Shown: positions 1-9,269 of the stretch, piece by piece
How the letters are laid out: every line of letters begins with the position of its first letter
How positions within the stretch are numbered: the stretch's first letter is position 1
From: a virus
Direction: 5' to 3' (one strand)
Virus record (IMG/VR): IMGVR_UViG_3300008262_000040
Length of the DNA stretch: 64,000 nucleotides
Position numbers and translations under genes: made by a program
Notes under the pieces: generated by a model
What the model saw: the letters and a program-made list of their open reading frames with translations, nothing else
Told to the model about the DNA's origin: nothing
Database searches by the model: none

Positions 1-127
1 CTTTAACGCTTTCGTAATCTATTAAATCTTTAATTACTGATTTTGCTACATGTGTTGGTAGTTTAACAGTATCCTGAGAAAACGCTATTACAGGGCATAA
101 AAATGCAATTAATATGAGCTTTTTCAT
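1..127 (-). CDS. Partial secreted/membrane protein (MKKLILIAFLCPVIAFSQDTV...), runs off the window
   Basis: Hand translation from ATG at 127; signal-peptide-like N-terminus; directly follows 132..509. Confidence 0.7.
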   Translation of the reverse strand, partial: MKKLILIAFLCPVIAFSQDTVKLPTHVAKSVIKDLIDYESVK

Positions 128-131
128 AGTA

Positions 132-509
132 TTAATATTTGTATCTTACTTTAAAAAATGAATCTATTTGCGTGTTGGTAAAAGTGTCTACGCGCTCTTG
201 TTGCTTTATATAATATTCCTTTATAACTGTTGTTTTTTCTTTTATGTTGTGTATTTTGTAGTCTAATGTCTCTATTACGCCTTGTTGATCTCTTATCAAA
301 CTATCATAAGAAAGCTGTTGTTGTTCAAGCTTTTTTGACTGCTCTTCTAGATCTTTTATCTTCTTTTTTAGGTCTGAATCTTGTTTTGGTATCAATGTAA
401 ATAACAGTATTACACACGTTATAGCAGATAACGCAGCTATCATATAAACAACTTTTTTTGTTGTTTGATGACAAGCGATTTTTTGTATTGAAGATAATAG
501 ACTACTCAT
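132..509 (-). CDS. Membrane-anchored coiled-coil protein (spanin-like)
   Basis: N-terminal TM helix then coiled coil; ATATTTAT motif upstream at 521-528. Confidence 0.5.
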   Translation of the reverse strand: MSSLLSSIQKIACHQTTKKVVYMIAALSAITCVILLFTLIPKQDSDLKKKIKDLEEQSKKLEQQQLSYDSLIRDQQGVIETLDYKIHNIKEKTTVIKEYYIKQQERVDTFTNTQIDSFFKVRYKY

Positions 510-533
510 GAGTTTTATTAATAAATATGCGTA

Positions 534-1007
534 CTAATTACTTAGCCATTCTGGTATCGAATTTGATCTATTGTAGTTCAATCCTTTTGTAAGCACTTTA
601 TCGTATAAATAAAAGTCTCTATACGCTTTAACAGTATCTTTATTTTTATAATCTTCAGGCATACATTGAGGAGGGGGAACAAAGCCTATATTTGGCAGTT
701 GAGGTCTGTTTTCTACTAACCAATCCAATACACCTTCTGTTTTGTGTTGCTTACCGTACCGTTTTGTGTACTCTTTAAATATGCCTTTTGCGTGCTCAAT
801 TAACCAATCGTAGTGACTTTTAGATGAGCGAGTCCATATTGTTGAAGGGTGATTTACGTGGGCTTTCTTGTATGGGGCTGTCGATCCATTCATCCAGTGT
901 GCAGTAGACAACATTTGTGCAGACTCTATACCCATTTTGAGTACGTGTTGGTCGCAAAGGTCTTCAGCAGCTTTTAATGGATCTTCGTGTAAATAGAATA
1001 TGTTCAT
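534..1007 (-). CDS. Pyrimidine-dimer DNA glycosylase / endonuclease V-like protein
   Basis: MNIFYLHEDP..AA...CDQHVLKM..ESAQMLSTAH, HVNHPSTIW, PPQCMP and AYRDFY signatures. Confidence 0.8.
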   Translation of the reverse strand: MNIFYLHEDPLKAAEDLCDQHVLKMGIESAQMLSTAHWMNGSTAPYKKAHVNHPSTIWTRSSKSHYDWLIEHAKGIFKEYTKRYGKQHKTEGVLDWLVENRPQLPNIGFVPPPQCMPEDYKNKDTVKAYRDFYLYDKVLTKGLNYNRSNSIPEWLSN

Positions 1008-1057
1008 AACTTTTTTTATAAATGTAACAAATATTTGATTCTATTGTTACTTTATCT

Positions 1058-3154
1058 TTATTGTGCTTTCAATTCTTGTACCTCTATTCTTATTTCAGAA
1101 CCTGAGAATCTAAATACTAATTTGGTTGAATAGCTCTTTTTTCCTAGTTTGGTTACGTAAGACAGTAAGAAGCCAGCCTGTTTGGGAGAATCTACAAGCG
1201 TCATTTTTGTGCTACTCGAGTCAATATCTACTTCTGCTTTAGCATCGAAATAATCGGCGTGGCCCATTAAAGATTTAGAGCTACCTATTACTTTATAAAA
1301 GCTTGGACTTAACCCAGCTTCTGCAATTGCAAATGCGGTTAACGCAACAAATGGATTTGATACTTCTTGTATTTTTTTATATGCAGGAGATATTTTAGCA
1401 TTCTTGTCTGTCCACCTATCAATTATCAAACTCGCTAATTCGTATGTAGCAGTTTTCATTGATAGTACTTTTATGAAATCTTCGTTCTCTTTTTCTATTT
1501 CTTTAGAAAACTTACTGCTATCTTCTGCACTTACTTCTATTTTGTATTTTTTTATATCGCTTATAAATTTATCTCTACTATTTGTAAAAGACTTTTTAAC
1601 CTTTGCAGTAGAGTCTGAACCTGTTAGTTTAGATTTTATAGTTTTTATAGCTGATTCTAGATCATCAAAAATAGTTTTATTAGCCTTATAAAAAGCGTCT
1701 TCTGACTTATATTCAGGTTTTATCCCGTCTGTTTTTATTTTTGGTTTTCCAACTGCTTGAAGTATTGAATTTACTGAGCCGTGTAGCTTTTTATCTTTTG
1801 TGATAGAATTTATGTAGCTTTGAGAACGTTTGCCTCCTCTTTTTGGTCCATAGAAATAATCTTCGAATCTAGCTATTTTTGCTGAGATCTTTGCCAAATC
1901 TTTATTGTCAGATGTACCGTATTTATCATTAGGATCTACGTTTGCATCAAAAGAGTTACTAAATACTGTATTAGCGAACGTTGTCGCTTTACCCGCTTGA
2001 GCTTTTTCTTCTTTTAATGATACAGCAATTATATCTCCATTTTTTTCAAATTGATGATTTATACTATCTTTTCCTATATTTACTGTATCAGCCTTTAAAC
2101 AATTTGATATACCAGCTTGATTTATAACTAGGTAAACGTCCCCTGGACACCAATTATCCGCTTGTAATGATATGTTATATTGTTCTTTTACTAGCGAAAC
2201 AGCTTTTGTTCTGATTTTATCAAAGTCTTGGTTTCTTATTATTCTTCCTTCAGCTGATACTTCTTTATGTATAGAAGCGGCTGCGGATATTGCATTTGTT
2301 AGTGTATCTATTTCTTGTCCGGTTAAAAATACATACTTAACATATAGATCAAGATTCTCTGGCATTGATTTTCCGGAGCCATAATATTGTTTATTTTTAT
2401 TATATACTTGAGATATTTTATTAGTTACTTTTGTTACATCTTCTTCTTTTATTTCACTTGCTGCTTGTTTTGTAGTAACTAACGCGTGTAGATCTTCTAT
2501 TTCAGTCACCAATGAAGGTATTTTAAAAACGTCGTAAAATAGACAAACTAATCCCTCTTTTAAAGAAGTTTCGTTACCGGTTGATGGTCTACTAGCGCCT
2601 TTTACTGCTTCATTAAATAGTTGTCTTTTTAGTATTTCAGCCAATATCGAAGCTTCTTTCAATTCTTCTCCTCCCTCTGCTGGCGGTGTTTCTGGTGTTA
2701 CTGTTTCTCCGCCTGTTTCGCCTTCCGCTGCTCCAGTGTCTTGCTCGGCGCCCTCTGGTCCTTTTGTTTTTAGCGGTGACCCAAAGCGTAAAAGTCTTGC
2801 GATTGCTTGCATACAAAGTTGCTTTTCTCCAAGCGTCATTAAGTAGTAGTTCTTACCTGATATTGTTGCTTGGTACGCCTTGTTTAGGTACGTCAAAAAG
2901 AAGTACTGGCCGTTGTGTAGCAATACTTTGAATGTGGTTGGTTTTGGTGCCACTATGAATATCGCATTGAGGTACTCTTTGAAAGAATCTGTCATCAGTT
3001 CAGTCAAGAGTTCGTTTAGGCTTGCGTACTTCTTTAGTATGAAGCCCATTGGATCTTGTTCAAAGGGAGTTAGTTCCTTTTTTTCTTCTTGTTCAGGTTG
3101 CTCTTTGTCAGCTTCGAGCAAAATCTGTTTTATTATTAGCGCGTCCAAGTTCAT
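1058..3154 (-). CDS. Large probable virion protein with a PD-(D/E)xK-like nuclease region
   Basis: ILLE leader, acidic linker, then DNWCPGDVYL...IIAVSLK; ATATTTAT motif at 3160-3167. Confidence 0.45.
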   Translation of the reverse strand: MNLDALIIKQILLEADKEQPEQEEKKELTPFEQDPMGFILKKYASLNELLTELMTDSFKEYLNAIFIVAPKPTTFKVLLHNGQYFFLTYLNKAYQATISGKNYYLMTLGEKQLCMQAIARLLRFGSPLKTKGPEGAEQDTGAAEGETGGETVTPETPPAEGGEELKEASILAEILKRQLFNEAVKGASRPSTGNETSLKEGLVCLFYDVFKIPSLVTEIEDLHALVTTKQAASEIKEEDVTKVTNKISQVYNKNKQYYGSGKSMPENLDLYVKYVFLTGQEIDTLTNAISAAASIHKEVSAEGRIIRNQDFDKIRTKAVSLVKEQYNISLQADNWCPGDVYLVINQAGISNCLKADTVNIGKDSINHQFEKNGDIIAVSLKEEKAQAGKATTFANTVFSNSFDANVDPNDKYGTSDNKDLAKISAKIARFEDYFYGPKRGGKRSQSYINSITKDKKLHGSVNSILQAVGKPKIKTDGIKPEYKSEDAFYKANKTIFDDLESAIKTIKSKLTGSDSTAKVKKSFTNSRDKFISDIKKYKIEVSAEDSSKFSKEIEKENEDFIKVLSMKTATYELASLIIDRWTDKNAKISPAYKKIQEVSNPFVALTAFAIAEAGLSPSFYKVIGSSKSLMGHADYFDAKAEVDIDSSSTKMTLVDSPKQAGFLLSYVTKLGKKSYSTKLVFRFSGSEIRIEVQELKAQ

Positions 3155-3171
3155 ATCTTATAAATATGCTT

Positions 3172-3888
3172 TTATTGTAGCTCGTGAAAGCCTTGGTTTG
3201 CTTGTTCTATGTAGTTCTCTGCGTTTGTTATGTGGTCCTGTATCCAACCTGGAATATCTCTTTCCATTCCTCCAAGCTTGTCCATTAGTTGAGAAGCGTT
3301 GCTAACTATCTCCTTTAGACTGCTCATTGCCATTGCCACTTCGTGATCGCTTGACATAGATGTTTCTGATATTATTTTACCATCTATTCTAATTACATAG
3401 CCTTTTGGGTATTTAGGATTTTTAATAAAATCGTATGTTATTTTCTTTCCTGGATTCTTTTGTTTAAGTCTAGCTAATACCATTCTTAATTCATCCATGT
3501 TTACGGTTTCTTTTTTTAGGGACTTTCCCTTTTTCATAGATCTTAGCTTTTCGAAGTCGGCCTTAGTTATCTTTCCTTTTGGTTCTGCTACGTCTATTTT
3601 TTCTTGATCTCCAGGTAAGTCAATGTTTTCTTCAAAATGGCTAGACTGTCTTCCTCCTTGAGGTTTTATTAAATCGGCCGCGTATTCTTTAGCTTGTTCA
3701 ACTGATTTAAAACCAACTCTACCAACCATTTGTCCAGTTTTCAAGTCTTTTACTCCGTAAAAACCCGGTTTGCTATCATCGTGAATAAACAAATATTCGC
3801 CACGGTATCTGGATTGCATTTCTTTTGGCCACTCTGTTTGTTCTTCTAACAATTTAGTCCTAAAGCTTTGTATGTCTATATTTTTCAT
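3172..3888 (-). CDS. Probable head-internal protein
   Basis: Start re-set to MKNIDIQSF (KLLEE); C-terminal DHEVAMA...PGWIQDHI motif. Confidence 0.5.
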   Translation of the reverse strand: MKNIDIQSFRTKLLEEQTEWPKEMQSRYRGEYLFIHDDSKPGFYGVKDLKTGQMVGRVGFKSVEQAKEYAADLIKPQGGRQSSHFEENIDLPGDQEKIDVAEPKGKITKADFEKLRSMKKGKSLKKETVNMDELRMVLARLKQKNPGKKITYDFIKNPKYPKGYVIRIDGKIISETSMSSDHEVAMAMSSLKEIVSNASQLMDKLGGMERDIPGWIQDHITNAENYIEQANQGFHELQ

Positions 3889-3889
3889 T

Positions 3890-4162
3890 TTATTTCTTTT
3901 TGCTTTTTCTCGCTTTTTTCCATAGTCCTTTGTCGGCTTTCCTCGCACCGCCTTTTCCAGTAACGAAGCTGTTAACTCTGCCCATAGCCCATTGGTGTTG
4001 GCTCGCTCCCGGTCTGTGTCCCCTTTTCCAGGCAGCCAAACCTTTTTCGTATACTTGCTTAAGTACAGTCTTTGATATTCCAGTAGCTTTTGCTTTGTTT
4101 GCCAACGCTTTTTCTACGTTAGCTGAAAACGCTTCGTTTAGTATTTGTAGTAGGCTTATCAT
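3890..4162 (-). CDS. Small basic protein, DUF5824-like
   Basis: MISLLQILNE leader; LKQVYEKGLAAW..GHRPGASQHQWAMGRVNSF. Confidence 0.55.
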   Translation of the reverse strand: MISLLQILNEAFSANVEKALANKAKATGISKTVLKQVYEKGLAAWKRGHRPGASQHQWAMGRVNSFVTGKGGARKADKGLWKKARKSKKK

Positions 4163-4416
4163 TTGCTTTTACCGAATCTTTTTTCGTAAGCTGTGGTAGC
4201 TTTCGATTTTTTTGTTTTGTATTTTTTCTTCTTATCTTTGTCTGCGTAATCAGCTTCCCATTTACAGTAAGCTGAAGGATCTTTATCGCTCAACTTAGAC
4301 GTCCTCTCTATCTCACGCTTCATTGCGGCTTTATCCTTTGTTAGGTACGCCTTCTTGACTTTTATGCCCGACTTTGTCCTTTCTGCCTCAAATAGTATGG
4401 CTAATAAGCTAATCAT
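4159..4416 (-). CDS. Small basic protein with MISLLAILFE leader
   Basis: ORF overlaps both neighbours by 4 bp; leader shared with 3890..4162. Confidence 0.6.
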   Translation of the reverse strand: MISLLAILFEAERTKSGIKVKKAYLTKDKAAMKREIERTSKLSDKDPSAYCKWEADYADKDKKKKYKTKKSKATTAYEKRFGKSK

Positions 4417-4619
4417 TTTTTAGATAGTTTTCTGAATAATAAATACAAGCCAAGAAACAAAAGCGCAACGGAATAGAAAAGTAAATCCGTAATCCAATAA
4501 GAACCTGTCCAGTCCATCACTAGTTTGAATAGTGCGTCGAAGCCAAGCGGGTTGAAAAACATCGCCAGCATCAGACACGTTGTAGCTACGTTGCTTAAGA
4601 ATTTGGATCTCCAAGTCAT
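4413..4619 (-). CDS. Small two-TM membrane protein
   Basis: Two hydrophobic segments; 4-bp overlap with the next gene. Confidence 0.55.
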   Translation of the reverse strand: MTWRSKFLSNVATTCLMLAMFFNPLGFDALFKLVMDWTGSYWITDLLFYSVALLFLGLYLLFRKLSKK

Positions 4620-4686
4620 TTAGTTTCTTTTGAATTTTACTATCAGCTTCCATAAATGGATTTTGGTGAACAATATCTTAACTAGC

Positions 4687-4950
4687 TTACAGCTTTGTTA
4701 TCTTTATCCTTAGCTTTCCTGTGCCTTTTATGGTTCGGTGCCAAGCGTGTTTAGGTATAAATATGGGTTTATCTAGAGAAATCGGTAATTCGTTGTCAAA
4801 TTGTACGAGCCAATCGGTGGGCTCTACAGCTTCTATTATTCGGTGCTCGTTGTCCCTGTGCCACATGAGTTCTATAGGGTCTATGTTCTCGTCGAACTCT
4901 CTTATAACGCAACTATTGTCTTCTATTGTATCTGTGTATGGTCTTTCCAT
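4687..4950 (-). CDS. Cupin-like protein
   Basis: LMWHRD.EHR..E and IFIPKHAWHRTI cupin metal motifs. Confidence 0.6.
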   Translation of the reverse strand: MERPYTDTIEDNSCVIREFDENIDPIELMWHRDNEHRIIEAVEPTDWLVQFDNELPISLDKPIFIPKHAWHRTIKGTGKLRIKITKL

Positions 4951-4959
4951 AGCTTAGTA

Positions 4960-6255
4960 TTACCAAAAGCCTGTGAAGTTTGATTTGAGTCCCAATAGGC
5001 TTGCATACCGTGGAAGTCTGCAACTCCAGTATTTTGGTGTGGTCTTGTCTTTTGCTTGGGAACACTTGTGTCTTGCTGCGAACGACTTCCTCGCCTCTGG
5101 ATTGTTTATCTTTGCGCTTAAGCCAGTGGTGTCTCCAAAAGTCAGCTTCTTTATTCCTCCACCAGGCTTTCTAACGTAAACGTAGAACTTTTTGGGTCCT
5201 CCGCGCTTGGGTTTGTTTAGCTCTGGTTGCTTTTTCTTTGACTTGCTTTTGACTTCCATCAAGAATTCTAGAGTCATAGGAAAGTCTAACGGCACTCTTA
5301 CGCCTTCGTACATTCCCCATTTTCCTAGATCTGTATTGTTGAAGTACCACTCATCTTGTTCTGATAATTGCAGCTTATTGTTTTCGTATAAAACTCTAGC
5401 TTCTTCAAACAGTTCAAGAAACTTGGACGATTGCGGTCTGTATATTGATTCGTTAAGATCTATCTTATTGTCTAAGTGGTAGATCATGCCTTCGGATAGC
5501 AACAGTCTATTCGCTGTTTCATTCAAAGATATTGATCTTGAACAACACTCTTCTCTTACTAATTTTGCTAACATTGGGTTTCCTCCTGATTTTATTTTTT
5601 CGAAAGCGTCTTTAAAAGCATCTATAGTTGATTTTAAAGTATTGTATATCGTAGCTATTCCTATTCCTATTTTTTCAAGCCAACTTTTTAACGAAGAGAA
5701 TCCGCCTGTTACGAATCCACTTAGCGTTTCTATAGCTGCGTCTGATAGGTAGCTTTGCAAATATTTTAAAACCTCTTGTTTTATGCTATCTTTTGATAGA
5801 TCTACGCTCTTAAATTTGTCGTAAAAAAATTTTGCTACTACGCTAAAACCTATTGATGCTATTAACTTTCCTATAGGATTGCTAATATTCTTTATTTTTT
5901 GTAAAATATCGTTTAGTAGTTCGCCTTTTTGTATTTTTTGTAAAACCGCGTCTATTGTTTTTTTTATTTCGCTCTTTTCAAATGTTCTTATCAAAGAGTT
6001 AGCGAAATTGGTAGATAGTCCGTCTTTTATAACGGTGTAGAGAGTAGATGCAAAATCCTTAAAGTCTTTAAACCCCTTTAAAAAACTATCTGTTACATTT
6101 CCAGCAAAAGATTTCAACGTATCTATAAAACCTTCGTATAACAGCTGTTGTTCTACTATTAACGGAAGTTTATCTTGCGGTATCGATATTGATTCGTTTA
6201 ACGGAACTTCTATACCTAAAACATATTTTATATGATGTCTAGATAAATTATGCAT
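4960..6255 (-). CDS. Multidomain probable head protein with a basic C-terminal domain
   Basis: Repeated LxE sites; C-terminal GGPKKFYVYV...FGD...SFAARHKC...YWSC. Confidence 0.55.
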   Translation of the reverse strand: MHNLSRHHIKYVLGIEVPLNESISIPQDKLPLIVEQQLLYEGFIDTLKSFAGNVTDSFLKGFKDFKDFASTLYTVIKDGLSTNFANSLIRTFEKSEIKKTIDAVLQKIQKGELLNDILQKIKNISNPIGKLIASIGFSVVAKFFYDKFKSVDLSKDSIKQEVLKYLQSYLSDAAIETLSGFVTGGFSSLKSWLEKIGIGIATIYNTLKSTIDAFKDAFEKIKSGGNPMLAKLVREECCSRSISLNETANRLLLSEGMIYHLDNKIDLNESIYRPQSSKFLELFEEARVLYENNKLQLSEQDEWYFNNTDLGKWGMYEGVRVPLDFPMTLEFLMEVKSKSKKKQPELNKPKRGGPKKFYVYVRKPGGGIKKLTFGDTTGLSAKINNPEARKSFAARHKCSQAKDKTTPKYWSCRLPRYASLLGLKSNFTGFW

Positions 6256-6263
6256 GTTCTCGT

Positions 6264-6542
6264 TTACTTAAACTTTGCATTTATAGAATTTATCACAGCG
6301 GATCTGTTAGATACAGTCATTTGTGGTAAAAGTTCTATTATTTTATTTAAAACGTCAGAAATTTCTTGTTGATTCTTAATGCCTTTTATTAGATCCATCA
6401 AAGGAGCGTTCGATTCCATTCTTTTTGCTATAGTTTTACCAGTGCTAGTTTTTAGCTTTGTTTGAGCTGGTTGGGTTGGCGCGATTGGTTGTTCGTTTAC
6501 CTCATTTTCTTTCAATATATCAAACAGTTTTATGTGTTTCAT
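6264..6542 (-). CDS. Hypothetical protein with IKLFDILKE leader
   Basis: ORF in operon context; leader motif. Confidence 0.6.
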   Translation of the reverse strand: MKHIKLFDILKENEVNEQPIAPTQPAQTKLKTSTGKTIAKRMESNAPLMDLIKGIKNQQEISDVLNKIIELLPQMTVSNRSAVINSINAKFK

Positions 6543-6562
6543 CGTTTATTATTCTTTTAATA

Positions 6563-7006
6563 TTAAAATTTTTCATTAGCTATTTGATACAATAAAGATT
6601 GTTGAGCTTTTAGATAACCAGTGCTACTTCCAGATTCTTCATCGTATCCTTTATATACGCTACCTTCTTTTCTAGCTATAATCACTTGTAGTTGATTAGG
6701 TTCTATACTTATTATACTTTGAGTACTATACTTATCTTTTGTGTTTACACCTTTTGAGATCATATTGTTTCTGTTACCTAAAAATTCTTTGGCTAGTTTA
6801 ACTAATTCTTGAGCTTCTGGTACAGACAGTGTTATTTGATTATCTTCGAATCCTGCGCCTAACACGCTAAGAGTTATTTGTTCGTTTCCCTCTTCGCTTT
6901 TTGTTTTTAATACGCGAAGTTGATCAACAGCTTCATCTATTTTATTTTCTTTTAAAATACCAGCTAACTGCTGCATTCTTTTGATCTCTTTAATCGATTG
7001 TTTCAT
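6563..7006 (-). CDS. Hypothetical protein with RMQQLAGILKE leader
   Basis: ORF; leader shared with 8019..8282. Confidence 0.6.
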   Translation of the reverse strand: MKQSIKEIKRMQQLAGILKENKIDEAVDQLRVLKTKSEEGNEQITLSVLGAGFEDNQITLSVPEAQELVKLAKEFLGNRNNMISKGVNTKDKYSTQSIISIEPNQLQVIIARKEGSVYKGYDEESGSSTGYLKAQQSLLYQIANEKF

Positions 7007-7007
7007 C

Positions 7008-7379
7008 TTATTGCAAGTTTTTAAGCTTGTATTTGGTTGTTTCTATAAGATCAACTATGGTATCAACTTGGTTCTGTACGTACGAGTCCTGTGGAATTGC
7101 TTTTCTAGCTGTCTCTACGAACTTACAAAGTGATTCGAAGTAGGACACAAAGCCGTTGTCTTCTTTTATAGCTCCTACCATTTGGTACCCTTTAATTATA
7201 CCGTAACGGCCCTGTATTCCCTCTGCTACAGCATCTACCAAAGGTACTATTCCTTCGTAATATGCTTGTAGAGCGAGATGTGCAGCGTGAGATCCAGGTC
7301 CTGTAACCTGAAGGTGGTAAATGTGGGCTTGGTTTCTGCTCTGCATCAACGTCCCTAAGAATAGTCCTACTGTTTCCAT
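7008..7379 (-). CDS. Ferritin/Dps-like four-helix protein (DUF5856-like)
   Basis: QAHIYHLQ...HLALQAYYE...D.VAE..QGRYG ferroxidase-type pattern. Confidence 0.65.
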   Translation of the reverse strand: METVGLFLGTLMQSRNQAHIYHLQVTGPGSHAAHLALQAYYEGIVPLVDAVAEGIQGRYGIIKGYQMVGAIKEDNGFVSYFESLCKFVETARKAIPQDSYVQNQVDTIVDLIETTKYKLKNLQ

Positions 7380-7382
7380 GGT

Positions 7383-8003
7383 TTATTTTTTTTCTTTTTT
7401 ATCCTCTTTCTTCTCGATCTCTTTCTTGCTCTTCTCTATCTTTTCGAGTTTTGTTATGTAATCGTCTATCTTTGTAGCGAGATCAGCTATGGCTGTTTTG
7501 TGTTCGCTAGCGTTCTTTGGATCTTCTTTAGCTGCGTCCATGTGCTCCTTACGCTTCTTCTCAAGCTTATCTATTGCTTTCTTTAGCTTCTCTGTAGTAT
7601 TGCCCTTCTTCTCCTCAAGCATTTTTACGCCCTCTTCGTACTCCATGCACACCTTTTCAGCTATCATTTTTGCTACATCAGCACTGGGATAGACCCCGTG
7701 CACTTGGTCAGGAGTTATTTCTGTTCCTGATATTCCATTAAGCGGATCGATTGGAGCTACCAGTGAGTCTGGGGTGCATCCGGGGTGAGCCATTTTAACA
7801 ACAAACAGTTCGCGTATGGCACCGTCTTCAACGCTTTCGTTCTTTTTAGTTTTTTTAGGTTTAGAAGCCATCTTACTTAGCTCTTTTTCGCTAGTGTTTT
7901 TTGCTATATCTGCTACTTTTTTGCTTATTGGTTCAGATTCTCCGCGTTTTACCGCTAGAGCGGCACCAAATAATTTTCGCTGTTTTTCGTTAGACGTAGG
8001 CAT
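7383..8003 (-). CDS. DUF3008-like N-terminus plus coiled-coil protein
   Basis: MPTSNEKQRKLFGAALAVKRGE...SEKELSKMAS. Confidence 0.45.
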   Translation of the reverse strand: MPTSNEKQRKLFGAALAVKRGESEPISKKVADIAKNTSEKELSKMASKPKKTKKNESVEDGAIRELFVVKMAHPGCTPDSLVAPIDPLNGISGTEITPDQVHGVYPSADVAKMIAEKVCMEYEEGVKMLEEKKGNTTEKLKKAIDKLEKKRKEHMDAAKEDPKNASEHKTAIADLATKIDDYITKLEKIEKSKKEIEKKEDKKEKK

Positions 8004-8018
8004 TTTAATTCTTTTTTA

Positions 8019-8282
8019 TTATTGGTATTGTTTTATACGTTTTACTAGCTGTGCCATTTTTTGTTTAAGTAAACCGAAGTCTATTGTGAAACCTGGGTGT
8101 TGTTTACTTGGGTCTAAATAAAAATTAAGATCGTCACGTAGGTCTTCCATAGCGTTAATAACCCACGGATGAGCGTTTGCTTGATGACCAATTTCATTTA
8201 CAGTCTGTTCTTTTAATTCAAAATCTGTATTTTTTATACCCGCTAATTTTTGTAAAGATATTTTTTCGAATGATGTTTCCAT
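8019..8282 (-). CDS. Hypothetical protein with LQKLAGI leader
   Basis: Start re-set to METSFEK; ATATTTAT motif at 8302-8309. Confidence 0.6.
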   Translation of the reverse strand: METSFEKISLQKLAGIKNTDFELKEQTVNEIGHQANAHPWVINAMEDLRDDLNFYLDPSKQHPGFTIDFGLLKQKMAQLVKRIKQYQ

Positions 8283-8308
8283 ATAATAGTTATTATTATC
8301 TATAAATA

Positions 8309-8881
8309 TCAGTCGTTTTCTTCTTTTATTTTGGCCAATTGTTTTTTGACCTGTTCGTACATCTCTTTTTTGTTTCCTCCCTTCCAAGCTTCTACGTCTC
8401 CGGCCTCTGTAACGTACGATTCGTTTTCGTTGTACCAAGCTTCCAAAGCAGCTTCAACGTCTTTTAAATATGTCTCGTGGTTGTTCTTAACTATCTGCTT
8501 ACCGTACTCTTCGAACTGGTTTGTTAGCTTAAGCTGTTGTTCCATTTCTATAACGCAGTCGAAGCACATCGTATGAATAGAATACATTTTCTTGTTAAGA
8601 TCGTTAAGCTTCATCGGTTTGTTGCACTTAGGACAGCATATCGGCATCACAACCAGCTTTTTAAACTTGTCCATAGCGGTTACCGTCTGTTTTATTCCGT
8701 CTTTTATGGTCCACTGTTTACCATTCTCTTCCCAAACGTCGCCCTCTTTATGTTCTATGTTTTGTTTTTGGTAACCTGCTAATACCTGCGTTCTTTCACC
8801 AGCTTTACCTGTGATGATGTTACGCATTCGCTGTACGTCTTTCTTGTTGAATTCTTTCTTTAAACTTGATTGTTCTTTCAT
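8309..8881 (-). CDS. Zinc-ribbon protein
   Basis: CPKC...CFDC. Confidence 0.6.
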   Translation of the reverse strand: MKEQSSLKKEFNKKDVQRMRNIITGKAGERTQVLAGYQKQNIEHKEGDVWEENGKQWTIKDGIKQTVTAMDKFKKLVVMPICCPKCNKPMKLNDLNKKMYSIHTMCFDCVIEMEQQLKLTNQFEEYGKQIVKNNHETYLKDVEAALEAWYNENESYVTEAGDVEAWKGGNKKEMYEQVKKQLAKIKEEND

Positions 8882-8900
8882 AACGTTATTTTTGTTTTGT

Positions 8901-9140
8901 TTATGCTTTGTGCCACCAATCGCAACAATATTGATTTCCTGAGTGCGGTATCTTGGCTTTGCCTTTGTTCCATCTCAACCAATATTCGTTCTTGCACATG
9001 TTTCCTTCCTTTATCCAGTACTCGCAGTTAGCGCACATTGAGCCACCGGTTGGTACTTTTAGACCAGGCACATGGTTGTCTGGGTACTCTATGGACCCAA
9101 GTCTTTTGCCTTCTTCTAGTATGTCAGTTAGCTTTATCAT
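8901..9140 (-). CDS. Small Cys-rich metal-binding protein (HiPIP-like spacing)
   Basis: MIKLTDILEE leader; CANC-x9-C...YCCDWW. Confidence 0.5.
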   Translation of the reverse strand: MIKLTDILEEGKRLGSIEYPDNHVPGLKVPTGGSMCANCEYWIKEGNMCKNEYWLRWNKGKAKIPHSGNQYCCDWWHKA

Positions 9141-9157
9141 TTTACAATATTTGAGAG

Positions 9158-9268
9158 TTATACTTTACACTTTTTGAGTATTATGTTGTTCTGTTCTACC
9201 CTTTTTTTACTTTTTAGACCGCTCTTTTTTGATTTTCTTGGAGACGGTTTTGCTTTTGCTCTTGCCAT
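9158..9268 (-). CDS. 36-aa very basic peptide (MARAKAKPSPRKSKKSGLKSKKR...)
   Basis: Hand translation; fills the gap between two genes; below the ORF-track cutoff. Confidence 0.55.
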   Translation of the reverse strand: MARAKAKPSPRKSKKSGLKSKKRVEQNNIILKKCKV

Positions 9269-9269
9269 T

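Noticed and set aside
4420-4653. 77-aa ORF overlapping 4413..4619
   Set aside because: The alternative frame gives a coherent two-TM protein with a coupled start and stop
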